From Neoechinorhynchus agilis (taxonomy: Eukaryota > Animalia > Acanthocephala), in assembly GCA_051530055.1 (NCBI GenBank), contig CM121342.1, positions 10,307,480-10,371,479 of the forward strand: a DNA stretch of 64,000 nucleotides. Direction: 5' to 3'. Shown here piece after piece: positions 48,366-61,687 of this stretch. Positions within the stretch are counted from its first letter, which is position 1. Each line of letters opens with the position of its first letter. Below the pieces are notes generated by a model. That model made no database searches. It saw nothing but the letters and a program-made list of their open reading frames with translations, and had not been told where the DNA came from. Made by a program: the position numbers and the translations under genes.

Positions 48366-49182
48366 CAAGTAAATCGAATTTAGATAAAGGTTTTTATCAA
48401 ATACCGAAGTGACGCGTGATTTAAAAACCATTTGTGGGTTGTAGCATTAAATCAAAAAATTAGTCTGCTTGGTTAATTCTCATTTCATAAAAATTGATTA
48501 AAGCGAACTTGTACAACGAAATCTTTGTTGTAGCAAATGCATTTAGAATTCAAAGTAAACGCTTTGTAGAGCACGGTAAAATATTTCAGCCGAAATCCGA
48601 TCAATTGAAACTGAATTATTAGTTTCGCCATAAACCTCTTTGACAACCATCAATCGGGATGGATGACTAACGTCAAACACCGTAGATTCTTAAACTGTTC
48701 GTCTTTCGAAAATAATCGATTGGGTTACGTAATGGTTTTAGAATAGTAAAAAATAAACTATACAACGTGCATTGTGCCATCGATTCACGTGGTCCATTAC
48801 AAATACCACCGTGTTATCAAATCAAAAAAGATTACTTCTGATTAACAAAATAGTCCCATTAGAAATATTAATAAACAAAAATTAAACACGTTCAAATAGA
48901 AATTTGCAACATTTTTTGCAAACTTTCATGCAGCATCACATTCGGGTGGAGTGATATTCTTGTTGTTATTTAATATTTCGTGGACGACATACTTCTCGGG
49001 GTTTGAACCGACCAACAAGAATATTTTACGAAACCAGCAAAAGTCACAAAAATGGTTTCATTCTCTACGCTAAAAATAAGATTGATGACGCATATAAAAG
49101 AATTCTTCCGCGTCTTCGTACATTCAGTCCTACTGTAGGCGTATCCATAAATATTCCAAATTCTCCACTGATTTTCTTGAAG

Positions 49183-49455
49183 ATGTTCAACGATCAGAAA
49201 AAATGCGTTGATCTCTATATTCCTAGAAAATGTGCGGACACCAATCGGATAATTCCGGCTACTGATCATGCGAGTATTCAACTCACGATTTGCGAAGTGG
49301 ATGAGAAAACGGGGGCTGCACTACCCACGAATATCATCAAGGCGTTATCTGGAGATTTGAGGAGAATGGGGGAATCAGATGATGCAATAATCAGAATTTG
49401 TGAGAAAGAAGGCATTATTCCAAGCGGTGTGTTCTCGGAACGTCAGAAAGAATAA
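49183..49455 (+). CDS. RPS21: 40S ribosomal protein S21
   Basis: MFNDQKKCVDLYIPRKC..NRII...DHASIQL..EVD..TG...LRRMGESDDAI. ATG at 49183 follows a probable 5'UTR intron acceptor. Confidence 0.95.
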   Translation: MFNDQKKCVDLYIPRKCADTNRIIPATDHASIQLTICEVDEKTGAALPTNIIKALSGDLRRMGESDDAIIRICEKEGIIPSGVFSERQKE

Positions 49456-49728
49456 ATTATCTTTGATAATCGCCAACCTCTCAGATTTTAATGTTGAAAT
49501 TGATCATAGGGATCACAATTAGCATGACCTTTGTCATCATTGAGGTGCGTTTAATAAAAAGTCTGTATACAAAAACGGATTTTCTTTTTCTTAGTTTTGC
49601 CACCCTGCTAGATTCAAAAATTCACCAATTTATTTCCCCAATATTTCAACTTTCGGGTAGTTGCGACATTTTTCCCGTGGTTCTAAAGATGCTCATCATT
49701 TTTTCTTTTTGATAGCGAATTATAATAA

Positions 49729-49862
49729 TTGAATTATTTATTTGATAATTTTCGGCCTTCGCATAGGTATTTTTCGGTACGAGCTCATATATTTAAAAAT
49801 TTATAAGCATTAGACCGAAGAAGGCCTACGCGAAGGCTGAAAATTATCAAATAAATAATTAA
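49729..49862. repeat. Foldback element
   Basis: aattatttatttgataattttcggccttcgcatagg pairs with cctacgcgaaggctgaaaattatcaaataaataatt. Confidence 0.8.
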
Positions 49863-49889
49863 TTTATAAATTAATCTCTAATTTATGAG

Positions 49890-50020
49890 CGGCACTTTTT
49901 TAGACATGAAATCCGTCCTGGTGTAACCGTCGAAAGGACGGATGCAGCGTTCCTTCCCGTTGCACAGCCAGACTTATGTTTTGTAGGAGAAATGCTCCTG
50001 ATCTCGGATCATTCGCTATC
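49890..50020 (-). mobile_element. Third 3' fragment of the CRE-like RLE element
   Basis: Minus strand reads DPRSGAFLLQNISLAVQR(fs)GNAASVLSTVTPGR and ends catgtctaaaaaa. Confidence 0.75.
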
Positions 50021-50546
50021 AAAAAGTAAAATTTTCCTGTGGGTTTGTCATTGTTTTCGGAGAAAAATAAGTCTTTAAACGTCGGAATTATCCGAATGAA
50101 TAAATGAGATGAAAATTAATTCAATCTTTTTAGTGTTCATTTCTATCGAGATTACATAAACAAAATACAAAATCTCGTCTGAAATGAGAAACGTGATTCT
50201 ACTGTGTAGATTTTACATGGCTTTTAAGCATGAAGCTAAAAATATTTGACATAGTTTTGGTCACTATACTTGAATGTACTTTTTAAAAGTTTGTGAAAAC
50301 TTAAAACAAATGGTTAGTGTTCGATAAAGAGAATAATTCAATTGGCAATGAAGATCCAGAATTTAAAAAATAAACGGGTTTGTAAGCGTTTAACAGGTAA
50401 AACAAAAATTTAGGTACTAAAACTATCAAAATGTTCAAATTAGTATCAAATTGTAAAAAGGACAACGATATTAATTGTATAAATCTAAAAATTATTTGTT
50501 TTATGTTTAAAATGGGGAAACGAAACTAGGAACTAACGCTTGTTGT

Positions 50547-51273
50547 TCATTTACTTATGTCCTTTGCGATCCGAACACCTTTCCAATCAACATGGCATCG
50601 ATATTGATAAATCGTTGGGAAATACTCGGAATTGACATCGTTGCGAATTTTCTTTCTATAAAGTACTTGACGTTGACACTCCGGATCAATCAAATGGCAT
50701 CGTCGGTCACTCTGTTCAGGTTGGACATCCTCAGGTAGGATTCTAAATTCGCCTGTCCAAGTATCTAGATGAGTTCTTCCCAAATGTTCAATTGTAGGCA
50801 TTCCATCAGGAAAAGTAATCGGAACCACAGTAATCAAATGCTTTACAAGCCATAAAAGTCTGCAATTATTAGCTGTATTGGCAACAATAACTCGTTTTTT
50901 CTTAAAACTTTTAGGCTGAAAGGAATGGAATTTTTGTTGAATCGTAGGTCTTAATTCAAAGCCAATGGATTTTAGGGCATCCTTTATATAGAACGTATGC
51001 CCTGAAGTGCTTTTCTCATTAAATATCACCAAGAGAAATTTGCTTGGCTTGATTGTACCGAGAGTGGCAATTAGACTTTTATCAGATTCAGCACCAGCAC
51101 ATGGAACCTCATGAAGTTGCATATAACTTAATTGTGGAAGTAAATGAGTACTCTTATCTCCTTTGACACGTTTTGGCCTCAGTGGTTTTGGTTCTTTTAG
51201 ATGAAATCGAACTTGATCTTTTAAAACTCTAAACACATTCGTCTGTCAACCGCATAAATTCGCTCCTTCTCAT
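50547..51273 (-). CDS. MRPL30: Mitochondrial ribosomal protein L30 (uL30m); 5' end uncertain
   Basis: KFLLVIFNEKSTSGHTFYIKDALKSIG...NTANNCRLLWLVKHLITVVPITFPDGMP...TGEF matches recalled uL30m motifs (VKHLI.i.P...P.GlP). Confidence 0.8.
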
Positions 51274-51383
51274 TTAAAGTCCTTTAACAATAAAATACTT
51301 ACAAATAAGCTATCGTTGAAACGTTTAAACATATCTAAAAAAGCGAGCGAACAGAACATTATAGAGTTGAACTTTGTGTTTTT

Positions 51384-53814
51384 TTAGAAGTGTTTACTTT
51401 TAAAAACATCAGGCTTCCAAACAATAGGATAATCTTCTTCAAGTGCATCATCGTCTTCTTTATACAATTTGATCGTCTTGTCCGCTTCACAAGAGATGAG
51501 CCTAGTCCCAGTCTTATCAAACGACAATGCGAAAATTCCCATTTCGGGATCGATTGATCCCGGTTGAGCTTTAGTTTGTAATCTTTGAAAGTTGTATCCC
51601 GTAGCCCAATCCCAAAAACGCATCGATCCATTATCTCCTCCAGAAACGAGCACTCCGTCTTCATTGACGGCAAGACTGTTCACGATCGCATCATGACCGC
51701 TGAAATTCTGAACCAATTGACCATCAGGGAGATTCCACTGTTTTATATTATCAGGAGATCCCGACGCCATTTGAAGAAGATCCGGATGAAGAACAATCGA
51801 TCGGACGCTCTTTTTGTGATGCGTAAGAGTACACATTGTTCGTCCAGCTACAATATCCCATAATCTAATAGTTGAATCATGTGAGCCAGTGATTATTTGC
51901 GGATCTGTAGACTGGCATTTCACATCAGCAACGGAACTAATGTGTCCAGTAAGACAGTGAATTTGAGCTTTTGTTCGCATGTCCCATAAACGAGCGACTG
52001 CATCGCGACCACAAGTCACAAGAACGTCCAAGGTTGGATGCAGCGCCAAAGCATAAATCGCACTTAAGTGTCCATGATAATGCCTCACGACCTTGTTAGC
52101 CTCGAGATCCCAACATTTTACCTGTTTGTCTTCACCAGCCGAAAAAAGATATGGCTGTCGTTCGCTTACAGCTATCCCACGTACAGTACTCACATGGCCG
52201 GTCAGTGAGAGTTTAAGATTCCCAGAAGCCAAATCCCAAATTTTTATCATACGATCCGCGGAACCGGTCGCAAACCATTCATTTCCTGGTTCAACGTCTA
52301 TACACCGCACCCATCCAAGATGACCGCTGATCACTCTGTAAAGTTTCCATGGTCTGTGCCATACAGGTCTCGGAAGTCCCGAGAATACAGTGGGTTTTCT
52401 GGGTACTATAGTTGAAGATGAATGGCGTACAATCTCTGTTGAAGAATCAGCGATTTGCGAGTCCGATATAGAAGTTTTAGTTTCGTCATCTTTTTCTGCC
52501 AATCTTGTTATTTTCCCTTTTGGTCGATTTGAGCATTCTTCTAACTCTGCGAGACCTTCAGGACCATAGTCGTCACGGATACGGATCCTATTCCACAGAC
52601 GAAACCTGCTCGAAAGAGCGACAGTGCATATTGTTCAAAAGCAAAACATTCAGAAAGTTCAAGATTAACGAAAAACGAATATTAGGTCAGAAAATGAACC
52701 TCTACTGAAGAAAAAAATCATATTTGACATTATACCACAAAAAAATTAAAAAGACAACCGAAATAATAATATATCAAAAATTTTCATTTTAAACTGTATT
52801 AAATCTCTAAACTATATTAGGATTTAGGTAAAAATTGTTTATATAGGAGATTGAACGCATTTCGCTTTTTTAAAATCGAAAAGGAACAAGGGGATCCCGT
52901 AAAAATGTAAAAAGAATCAATCAGATATTTCTTTACATAAAAGTTAACTGTACAAGAATAAAAATGGTAAGCTTAAGATCGATTCAGCATTAAGCACGTT
53001 AGCGCTTGCTTAGATTTTAAAAAGAAAAACTTTTGCAGTAATCGCCAACAACAATTTCTTATGGTAAAAACTCTGAGAAATCTTTTTAATCACATTTTTG
53101 TCAGTATAAAAAAGGGGTGAATTTTATTTAATTCGATTTTACACTGATCGAAATAAGGTTGAAAAAGCCTGTTTATGTTTGTGCTATGTCCCATGGATTT
53201 TTCTAATCCGAATTTTCACGAAGTTTTTGATTACTTTAAAAGTTCTGACTAAAATCTAACATTCTTCATCAATCTTATCTTAGTCAAATCTTTATCAGAT
53301 TCAACAAAAAAACACAGTTTAATCACTATGCTTTTCAGAATCTCGTGTTATCTTTGCAATTTTTGATAAAGTATACAATTTTGTTTATATGTATTAAAAA
53401 CTAAAGAAGTCCAACGAAACGGACCAAATATTCAGAATTAATCTATATCTACTCTTATCATCATCAAAAATACATATAAATGAGCAACTTTTTTTTGCAA
53501 CAATTTTGTTTATTGATTTATTTTCAAAAAAAATCAAAGTTCTGATTTGTTCTTAGGAAGAGAAATTTTAAATGAACTTGCAATCTTAAAAGGATTAGTT
53601 CGGTCGCATTTAAAAGGGTCCGAACTAACGTTTCGTCGGTATTCAGCATTCTTTGATCCTTTGAATCGGGTAGAAAAAAGTCATGGCTTTGTTTAAGTGA
53701 CCGAAAGATGAGCGTATGAGCAGAAAGTTTCTGCGGTCTAACGACCTAAATTTTAAATAAGAAATCAATACTCACTCTTAGGCTCACCGCATCTACTGAT
53801 TGGCCGCTTCTCAT
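51384..53814 (-). CDS. PLRG1: Pleiotropic regulator 1 (Prp46), WD40 spliceosomal NTC component, 3 exons
   Basis: Exon near 53620-53745 reads [21 protein letters not shown] ~1-kb GT-AG intron joins it to RIRDDYGP...[30 protein letters not shown]...[12 protein letters not shown]. Exon 1 is tentative. Confidence 0.95.
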
Positions 53815-53910
53815 TGGTTAATCTAAAACAATACGTCATCTTTTTTGAGTTCTTCCTTCTCTATTAACTCCCTAAAGATCCAGAAAACATGGCACGTTCT
53901 TGAAATAAAG

Positions 53911-54309
53911 ATGAGCACAAAGGTTTTTGTTCAAGTTCGACGGAAGAAGTCCACCTTTTTCTTTACGCTTAATGAGACCGACAAGGTTTCTACCCTGAAA
54001 AGTCTTATAAAAGAACTCACAAGAGCAGATGAAAGTAGTCAAATGCTGAGATGGAACAACGATGTTCTCGATGATTCAAAAACTCTTTTCGAGTGTGGAA
54101 TTGGACACACCGAATTCCTACCAGGAAACTCCAAGTATTTGACTTTGCAAATTAAGAATGAACAAGGCAACTTCGAAAATGTAGACATTATTGGAAACGG
54201 TCGCTTTTTTTCGTGTCGTTTTCATCTTTTTAAGGAAAAGTCGACCGTCGTTACACCTTATTCGGAACCACCGCCTTTACCTGAAGTCCTGCAAGGATCC
54301 TCACATTAA
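53911..54309 (+). CDS. ELOB: Elongin B
   Basis: VFVQVRRKKSTFF..ETDKVSTLK..LDDSKTLFECG...PYSEPPPLPEVL. A probable stop-free 54-nt intron (gtagac...tttaag) lies near the 3' end. Confidence 0.88.
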   Translation: MSTKVFVQVRRKKSTFFFTLNETDKVSTLKSLIKELTRADESSQMLRWNNDVLDDSKTLFECGIGHTEFLPGNSKYLTLQIKNEQGNFENVDIIGNGRFFSCRFHLFKEKSTVVTPYSEPPPLPEVLQGSSH

Positions 54310-55670
54310 AGGATCTAGAAAGCGTAGAAATAAATATTGTTCTTTTTAAGCCTGGTTCATATGAGTTTCTTTCGAATTTTAAGCTTTGGCCAATTTGTGA
54401 CGTCGTTGATACGTACGCAGCTTTGAAACTCTGAAAGAATTTCAACCGAATTTGGGCATTGGCTAGTTGTAGTCTTTATTTTAAACGTGCTTCGTTCCAA
54501 AAAAAGCTAATTAAAATGTCCTATGAGTTATGAACTTCATTGAAGTATTTCTCTTAAATTCAATTCCTTTTGTCATGTGCCATTTTTCCAGTTTATGAAA
54601 ACCTCGGTGGGAACGCGGAAGCGTCTTTGTCCTCTTTTGTCTTGACGATCCGGCATTCCCTTTCTTGTAATGATTCTCTGATAAAGAATCGTTTTGTTGC
54701 GCCATTTTTTTGAACATTGGTTAAAGATTCTGCGCTGATTGACGGAAATAATCGTATCAATGGCGACGGATCGAGGCATTTGAACTTTCCCACTGAACTT
54801 TTCGGTCTTTTACCGTCATCTCGGCTTAAAGCGACCGGTTTGAAAAAGCTCTAAGTTTTAGAGCAGTGGCGATTGTGAATGGCTATCGTTTTGAGGCAAT
54901 AGATGTCCATCTTAGCATCTTAAGCAATCAACGCTGAAACGCAGTGCCAAAGCGAAACCAAAAGATTCCTTTTTAGAAACCCTAATTCGTCAAATGTTTT
55001 AAAATTTGGAGTTGAATCGGACTAGTCAGAAACGCAATCCTTTATCGCAATGAACAATGGCTCAGTTTAGTTTATTTTATTTGATGTTGTGCGCTCGGAT
55101 AATCCTCCATGTTATCTGCGACTTGAAAATATAGCGCGTTAAAAGCGAGTGTTGATATTTTCCATGATGATCCTTGCATCTTGACGATAATTTTTTATTT
55201 TGGTCAAATCTGAGAAATCGTTTGATCTAAAATTAAAAGATAGTTATTTCTTTCATAAATCTTCATTTTTTATATTCGTTTAAAACGTATTTGCCCTTTA
55301 AATGAATACAGAAAGTATTTTGAGAACAAATGAGAAACTCCAAATAAGGTAATTTAGAATGGTCAATAAAATTTACAGGTTTCGACGAATTTGTCTACTA
55401 ATTTTTGACCTCCAACCAAATAAATTTTTGAATTCGATCAAAAAATAAGATTTGTTCATTTCGAAATTTATATTTGATACTTTTGAAAGAAATAATATTT
55501 AAAAAGGTGCGAATCATATATTCGTTTCCACACCTAACAATAAAATAGCTTACATTTTTATTCATTTGTGATTTATTTATTAAGCCGCCTCGTACATTCA
55601 CATTTGTGACGTCGTTGTTGATTTAAATTCAATAGCTGCGTGTTTAAAGTCATTTTATCGTTTTCTCTAG

Positions 55671-57594
55671 ATGAAGATTCGAAAGTTTTTTGTTGGAACT
55701 CAAGTGGATCTAATTAATGATAAACCACAATCAGAAAATGATGATTCTTTAAAAAATGACCTTCAGTGGGTACAATCTCAGCTATCCGGTTTCGATAAAC
55801 AAGACTGGTCTTCTCATACTTACCGCTACGCAATTATACGATACGTTGTTGAATTTGTGCAAAACAAAGTGAATTTCAAACGCCTAATCACAAAAGCATG
55901 GCTCAAATTCTTTGAAATTCTGCATTGTTATCCATTGCTTCCACAACCAATGCCACCAGTTCTTAAAACTCTACATCTTTGTGAAGGTCCTGGCGCTTTT
56001 GTGTTTGCTCTCTCGCATTACCTTGCCAATGTACTTGGTAAAGACGGAGAAAAGCGTTGGTCGTGGAAAGCCAATAGTCTTAATCCACATTACGAATACC
56101 ACAGCACGGGCAGGGCCTTGCTCGATGATTCGTTGTTACTTCGTACCTCTGAAAAAAATTGGATATTCGGTCCTGATCATACTGGCGATATAACTAATAA
56201 AAAAACCCAAAATGTGCTTACTAATATTGGGAAATTCCATTTGGTGACTGGAGATGGAGGTATCAATTGTGAAAAGTACCCAGAGAAACAAGAACAACTT
56301 ACTTTGCCTTTGATCGAAGCACAAATCACCGTTGCTTTAAACGCGCTTGCAAATGGTGGATGTTTTGTTCTCAAGGTTTTTACTGCCTTTGACAATGAAA
56401 CATTTTCACAACTTGAACGCTTGTTTGAGAATTTCAGAGATGTTCATATTACAAAGCCTACATGTAGTGGATTTGGTAACTCTGAACGTTATTTAGTATG
56501 TATGGGATTCGAGCCCAAATGCAGAGAATTTCCTGTGATAAGTCATGAGAAGTTCCTCGCTCTAACTCGACCCATTGTTCAACATCAAATTCATTCGATT
56601 ACGCGAAATATCGATATTTGGTACGATAGCAACTATGTGGAACAAGAAGAAATGATTTACGCCCAAAGGTATTTCGCCCAGGGATTCCTAAATTTTCTAG
56701 ATTTAAAAACTAGAAGAAAATGTTCAATTCGGAAAAGATTGAGTTGTAAATTATATGATTTTGAGGCAAGAAACTCAATGCTAAAGCATTTAGTTGATCC
56801 GAAGCTAAGCAAGTTTGTACGACACAAAATGGATCCTTACAAACACTCGTCATCTCCATTTATGTTCGGTCATAAAATTGTTAAAAGTCGAGATGATGAG
56901 TGTATTGAGCGTTCAACCTTCGACATATCAAGAATTTGTTTCTTGGATAAGTCCACAGGTGACTCTTAAGAAATTCCATAAATTCATGTACTCATCTCAA
57001 CATTCTAATGAAGAATTAAAATACTGCTTACCGCCTTCAAATAAGGCGACGTTCGATGAGTTTATTCAAATGCTTTCAACACGAGTAAAAGAATCGCATT
57101 GCTATAACGATTCCACTGAGCACGAATGTTCAGTCACTTGTGATCTTCGAAATCCTTTCCCATCATCATCCCCATTTATGAATCCATCTGTCTTGGCGCT
57201 TTTCCAAGAAGTGATGGCTTGTGCAACCTATGAAAACGAACGGGTCAGAAAATGGCCTTGTGGAAATGGTATAAATTTTAAATGGCATCCAATCGAACAC
57301 TTGGCTGAACTATACGTTCCCCATTTGCTGACACAGAAATTAGTTTATCTAGTTTTCTACTTGGCATGCCAATCAGAGGACGTTAGTGCCAGTATCTGCT
57401 GTGTTGATATGTGTGGATGTGTATTGACCTTTGAAACATTTCGACCAACGGGATTCGATGGTTCACTAAATTGCGATTTTCGAACATTGCTCCATGAGTC
57501 AAATGTGGAATTCATAAAATTCGTACATTCCGTCAACCTGCTTACTCTTCAATCTCAACTAACTTTCCAAAATGTTATTTCAAAGTTTATGTAA
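55671..57594 (+). CDS. CMTR2: Cap2 mRNA 2'-O-methyltransferase CMTR2 (FTSJD1), 2 exons
   Basis: KAWLKFFEIL, LHLCEGPGAF, NSLNPHYE, FGPDHTGDI, HLVTGDGG, GGCFVLKVF, KPTCSGFGNSERYLVC (K-D-K-E tetrad). A 55-nt GT-AG intron 56959-57013 links to the second ORF in frame. Confidence 0.92.
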
Positions 57595-57689
57595 AAAATA
57601 TCGCAGAGTATGTAAAAGTTGAATGGACCCGCAGAACCTTTGAGTCTGGATTTAGGTATGCTGCTAGAAAAGAACACTTTTCGTATTTT

Positions 57690-60560
57690 GGTCTAAATGT
57701 GTAGCAGATCCACTGCCTGGCTTCTTATCTTCACAATCGCCTACAATACATTCACTGCAGCGCTACCTCCTCCATCAATATATTCCTTACCAAAGGCGTA
57801 ACTCAAGGTGCCGTCCTATCACCACTTCTTTCTAATATTTTCTTAAATGAACGTAAACCTCTTTCGTCTCACTCTAAACCTTTCTCATGTGCTTACGATC
57901 TAACCCTTATCACTCAATCACCAGCCAACCTCTCCTTCTCCTTAACCTTCAACGAAATCATCCGCATGAAAGATTTCTGTACCAATCACCAAATCTACTT
58001 AAACTTCTCTAAATGTTTCGAGTGATCCCGTCAATCTCCCGCAACCCCATATCCTACCCCGATCTTCCAAATGATATCTGACGAGTCACCTCTCTCAGAA
58101 TTCTGGGTTTTCGATTTGAACCAAGTCTGAAATGGGAATCGCACATTATACTTTCCTTCGAACGCAATGCCTTTAAAATTTACCTCTTCATTCGCCTCAG
58201 CCATTTATAAGTCCTTTCGCCTGATCCCTCTAAATTTTAGTCGTGAACGTCCTATAATCAATGAACGGTGAACGAGAATCGGACAAGTATTCCGCTCTTC
58301 TTGAAGTTGCACTAACGAAATGCTTTGGAAGAGTTACTGAAACTAATGGACTCATTTATTGTAGTGGTGAGCACAGTTAAGGTTATATTAGAGGAGGCTA
58401 TTCAGTGCGAAACGGAAGCTCTTAAAAGTGAACAGTTGATCGAAGTCAAAAAGTGCAAAGGGAAGAAAGCTGACGGTTGAAAAAGGCAGGCAAAAGTTTC
58501 AAGGGTGAATTCTAAGAAACAGACTAAAGGTTTACTGAAATCGGATAGTGTAGCGATCACAAAGGAGAATGAGGTTTTGGTAGATTCCATCAGTAGGCTA
58601 AACTCAATTTATGAAAGTTTGATGGATACGAATGGTGTTCTGAAGACTGATAATATTTCCACTTTAACTAGGGACTTAGTACCATCCTTACAGGATATTC
58701 AGCCTGTAGTTCCTTATGATGCCGATATTACTGTGGAGGAGTATGATATTGTGACTGGGATAAAAGTTAACGATCGGAAAAACGGAAGTGATCCAGCTGA
58801 AGTAATTACTATGAAAGCTACAGTCGAACAAAAGGTCCAAGTAACAGCTGAACGAATAGAAACAAGAGCAAAAGGAGGAACTCCGTCAAAACCAATCAAC
58901 CCTCTGATTCATTTCGGTAATGATACGCCTCCATCGAGGATAGAAATCGCACCATATTTATTTTCGCTGATGCACGCAACCGCCGCCAAATCCTTCGAAT
59001 CGGTCAACTCCTTTTCCCAGACATTCACTCAACTATTCCTCCCCATCAACAGTTATGCGCATTCTATCCAAAAATCCATTTAACCCGAGGCCACGTCTCC
59101 TCAAAGTAACTTTTATTTCACAATTTGTAGCCTCCCTCTTTCTTAATAGGGGATGCAAACTCCTTACTTCTCAATTTTCTTTTCGTATCTATTCACATAA
59201 GAACACATCACAAAATCTTTCCACATGCCCTCCAAACTCTATCCAGAACTCATCTTCCCAATGTAGCCCGTCACTTTTAGCAAAAACCCACGAACCTCTC
59301 CCCCATCTCAAAAAATCGAAGAATAAGCGACTTCCCAGTTTCTTTGATTACGTGCAACTCCACCGGCGATCGAATAACCACAAAGGTCAATCTCCCAGCA
59401 CTTCCACATTAAATACTCTCTTTTTTCCGAATCAAGTAAATAATTATCTCTCCACTCCTACTCAAAATCACCATAAATCGGCCCATCCAATCGTAGCTGA
59501 TCCATGCAAAGCCCCAACCCTAAACTCATTTCTATCATTACCATTCAATCATCCCAACTCAAATTTTCGAGTCTCCCCCGGACGTCTCTCTTTGGGATTA
59601 TCAAGCGTTCTTTGTCGGCATCCCGTAACGACCATTTCCTTAACCCACCACCCGCAACGAACGATGCAACTCCGATCTTTCTCACCTCGGCCCCGATTTC
59701 CCGAAATAAAAATCCTCTTCTCCACCGTTTTCTACTCCAATACTCGTTGCCACCTTTCTAAACTAGGTGAAATTTCACTCATTTCATCTACCTCAAAAAC
59801 CGACGTAGTCATCTTAACAGAAACGTGGCTTACCCCCCTTCAACAGCGATTCAGCCATCCTTCCCGGATACTCTTCCTTCCGTCCTTATCGCGATGACCG
59901 TCCAGGAGGGGGGTCTCAATTTACGTACGGCAATCGTAACAATACTCTTTATCTCTCACAGGCTCTCTTCAAAACCCCGACTTAGAATTCATCGCAGTCC
60001 ATCTCATAGCTCCGCTGAGAAACGGCCTTGGAGAATTCAACATTGCTGGTGTCTATCGCCCTCCGGCCTCTCGACCTGAGTCCTCTTTGCTCCAAATTGA
60101 CTCTATGGTAGAGCTCATAAATTCCACAAATTCTCAGCATTTCTTGACTTCCCAACTCGTCTTGACACTCACCTCGACAAATTGTTCACAAATATCGAGT
60201 CCTACTCATCCGCCTCTAAACTCTCTCCCCCGCGAACTCTGACCATTCCTCTGCCCTTATCATTATCTCCACCCCACCTCAGCGTATGAAATCTCCCCGT
60301 TTTCCTGTCTGGGATAAACGTGATCATCACGTCCAAAATTTTATAAAATTATTCAACTCTAGCATCCGCACATCCCATTCTGACAACACAAACGACACCT
60401 CAATCATAGAAAATTCCCTAGCTTCGGCAATTCCCAAGAATTTCATTAGGATCTCCGACCGCGACCATCCATGGATAACCCCAATTCTGAAACTTCTACA
60501 AAGGCAAGTTTCTAAGGCCCATTGCAGCGGCTTTCTTACGAATAAAATACTTATCGCTCA
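57690..60560 (+). mobile_element. LINE remnants: RT 3' piece followed by ORF1-like and APE regions of the next copy
   Basis: GVTQGAVLSPLLSNIFLN (RT), coiled-coil ORF1-like EVLVDSISRLNSIYE, APE start KILFSTVFYSN...DVVILTETWL, and DRDHPWITP. Confidence 0.85.
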
Positions 60561-61584
60561 ACGATTGCCTTCAAACGAACTGTGCGCACCGACCAAACAG
60601 TCACACTCTTAAAAATGAGATTCTCAGTGGAACGAACTGCAATGCAGAGAAACTACGACTGTATGTACACGACATGAAAACTATTCGCAACCACCATAAA
60701 TACGGGGAAGTAGAGGTAATATGCAATTTTTTTAATCCTAAAACGTTATGGGAAAAATATTGCAAAAGAATTAATTAAGACATTCCCAAAAGCCTGTCGA
60801 GACTTTTCAACGAGGTCTTCATGTTATTGGAGAACAGTAGCAATAGACTGTCAATTCGATTTGGAAAGAATGGAATACTCGGGAAGCACAAATGATTAAC
60901 AAGCGATTTACTACCACTATCAACAAAGCGCGGGTTAGTCACTCAAGAGGTTTTGTATTGACCTTTTGTTTGTTTACGCTCCAACGTGAAGAAATACCGT
61001 TTTTCACAAACAATTGGAGTTTGATCCCCGAACATCTTAAATTAAGACATCTGATGGTCATTTGTTTCGTTTCAAATTTAGAACGTCTGCTTTGTCTATA
61101 GACGCAACCATGGAAGGAATGGTCAAATGGAGAATATTATCTACTTGGCGGTGAACGACATTCAGGTTTGTAAGAGTCCGTTAACTGTAATGAAGAACGA
61201 ACATAATAATAACGTAGGTGATTTTCGAATTTATCAAGGTACTGTTAAAGTTCTAATGTTTATATTATGCTCAGTTTTTATCATTTTTCAATTTTTTTTT
61301 GTGATATAAATCAATTTATTTTAAAATGATTAAATCGTCCCCCGAACGCTGACCGCATTTCCTCGTTGGATTGCGAGGCTTATTCTTTGTATCAGGAAAA
61401 TCCTCTCGCGTCGCTCCCCTGTTTCTGCTGCAAGTCGTCTTCCGAGTTCGGCACAGAATGCTGATTATCCATTCTTCATTAGCAGCCCTCGGTATAACAT
61501 ATAAAATACTTTATCTATGAATATTAATAAGACTATGGATAGAAGAAGTATAATCCTATTTAATCGATATGTTTAAGATTATTC

Positions 61585-61686
61585 TTTTTACCATACACGG
61601 CTGAATGAACACACAGTCCACCGATTTCGACGGTTATAAGTTTGAGCATCCCTCCTGATTCTCAGATACCTCCAGGAGGCGGGCGC
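61585..61686 (+). mobile_element. Degenerate MITE family A fragment fused to the partial GLD-2 copy
   Basis: acacggctga..cacacagtccaccgat..ataagtttgagcatccctcctgattctcagatacctccaggaggcggg matches 1220-1270 and the reverse complement of 30830-30890. Confidence 0.65.
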
Positions 61687-61687
61687 G

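Noticed and set aside
49003-49182. N-terminally extended RPS21
   Set aside because: The ORF begins at a non-ATG codon and runs through a probable pyrimidine-rich 5'UTR exon and intron. Homology starts at ATG 49183.
56815-57013. Programmed frameshift or overlapping gene at the CMTR2 3' end
   Set aside because: A 55-nt GT-AG intron (56959-57013) of typical size joins the two ORFs in frame.
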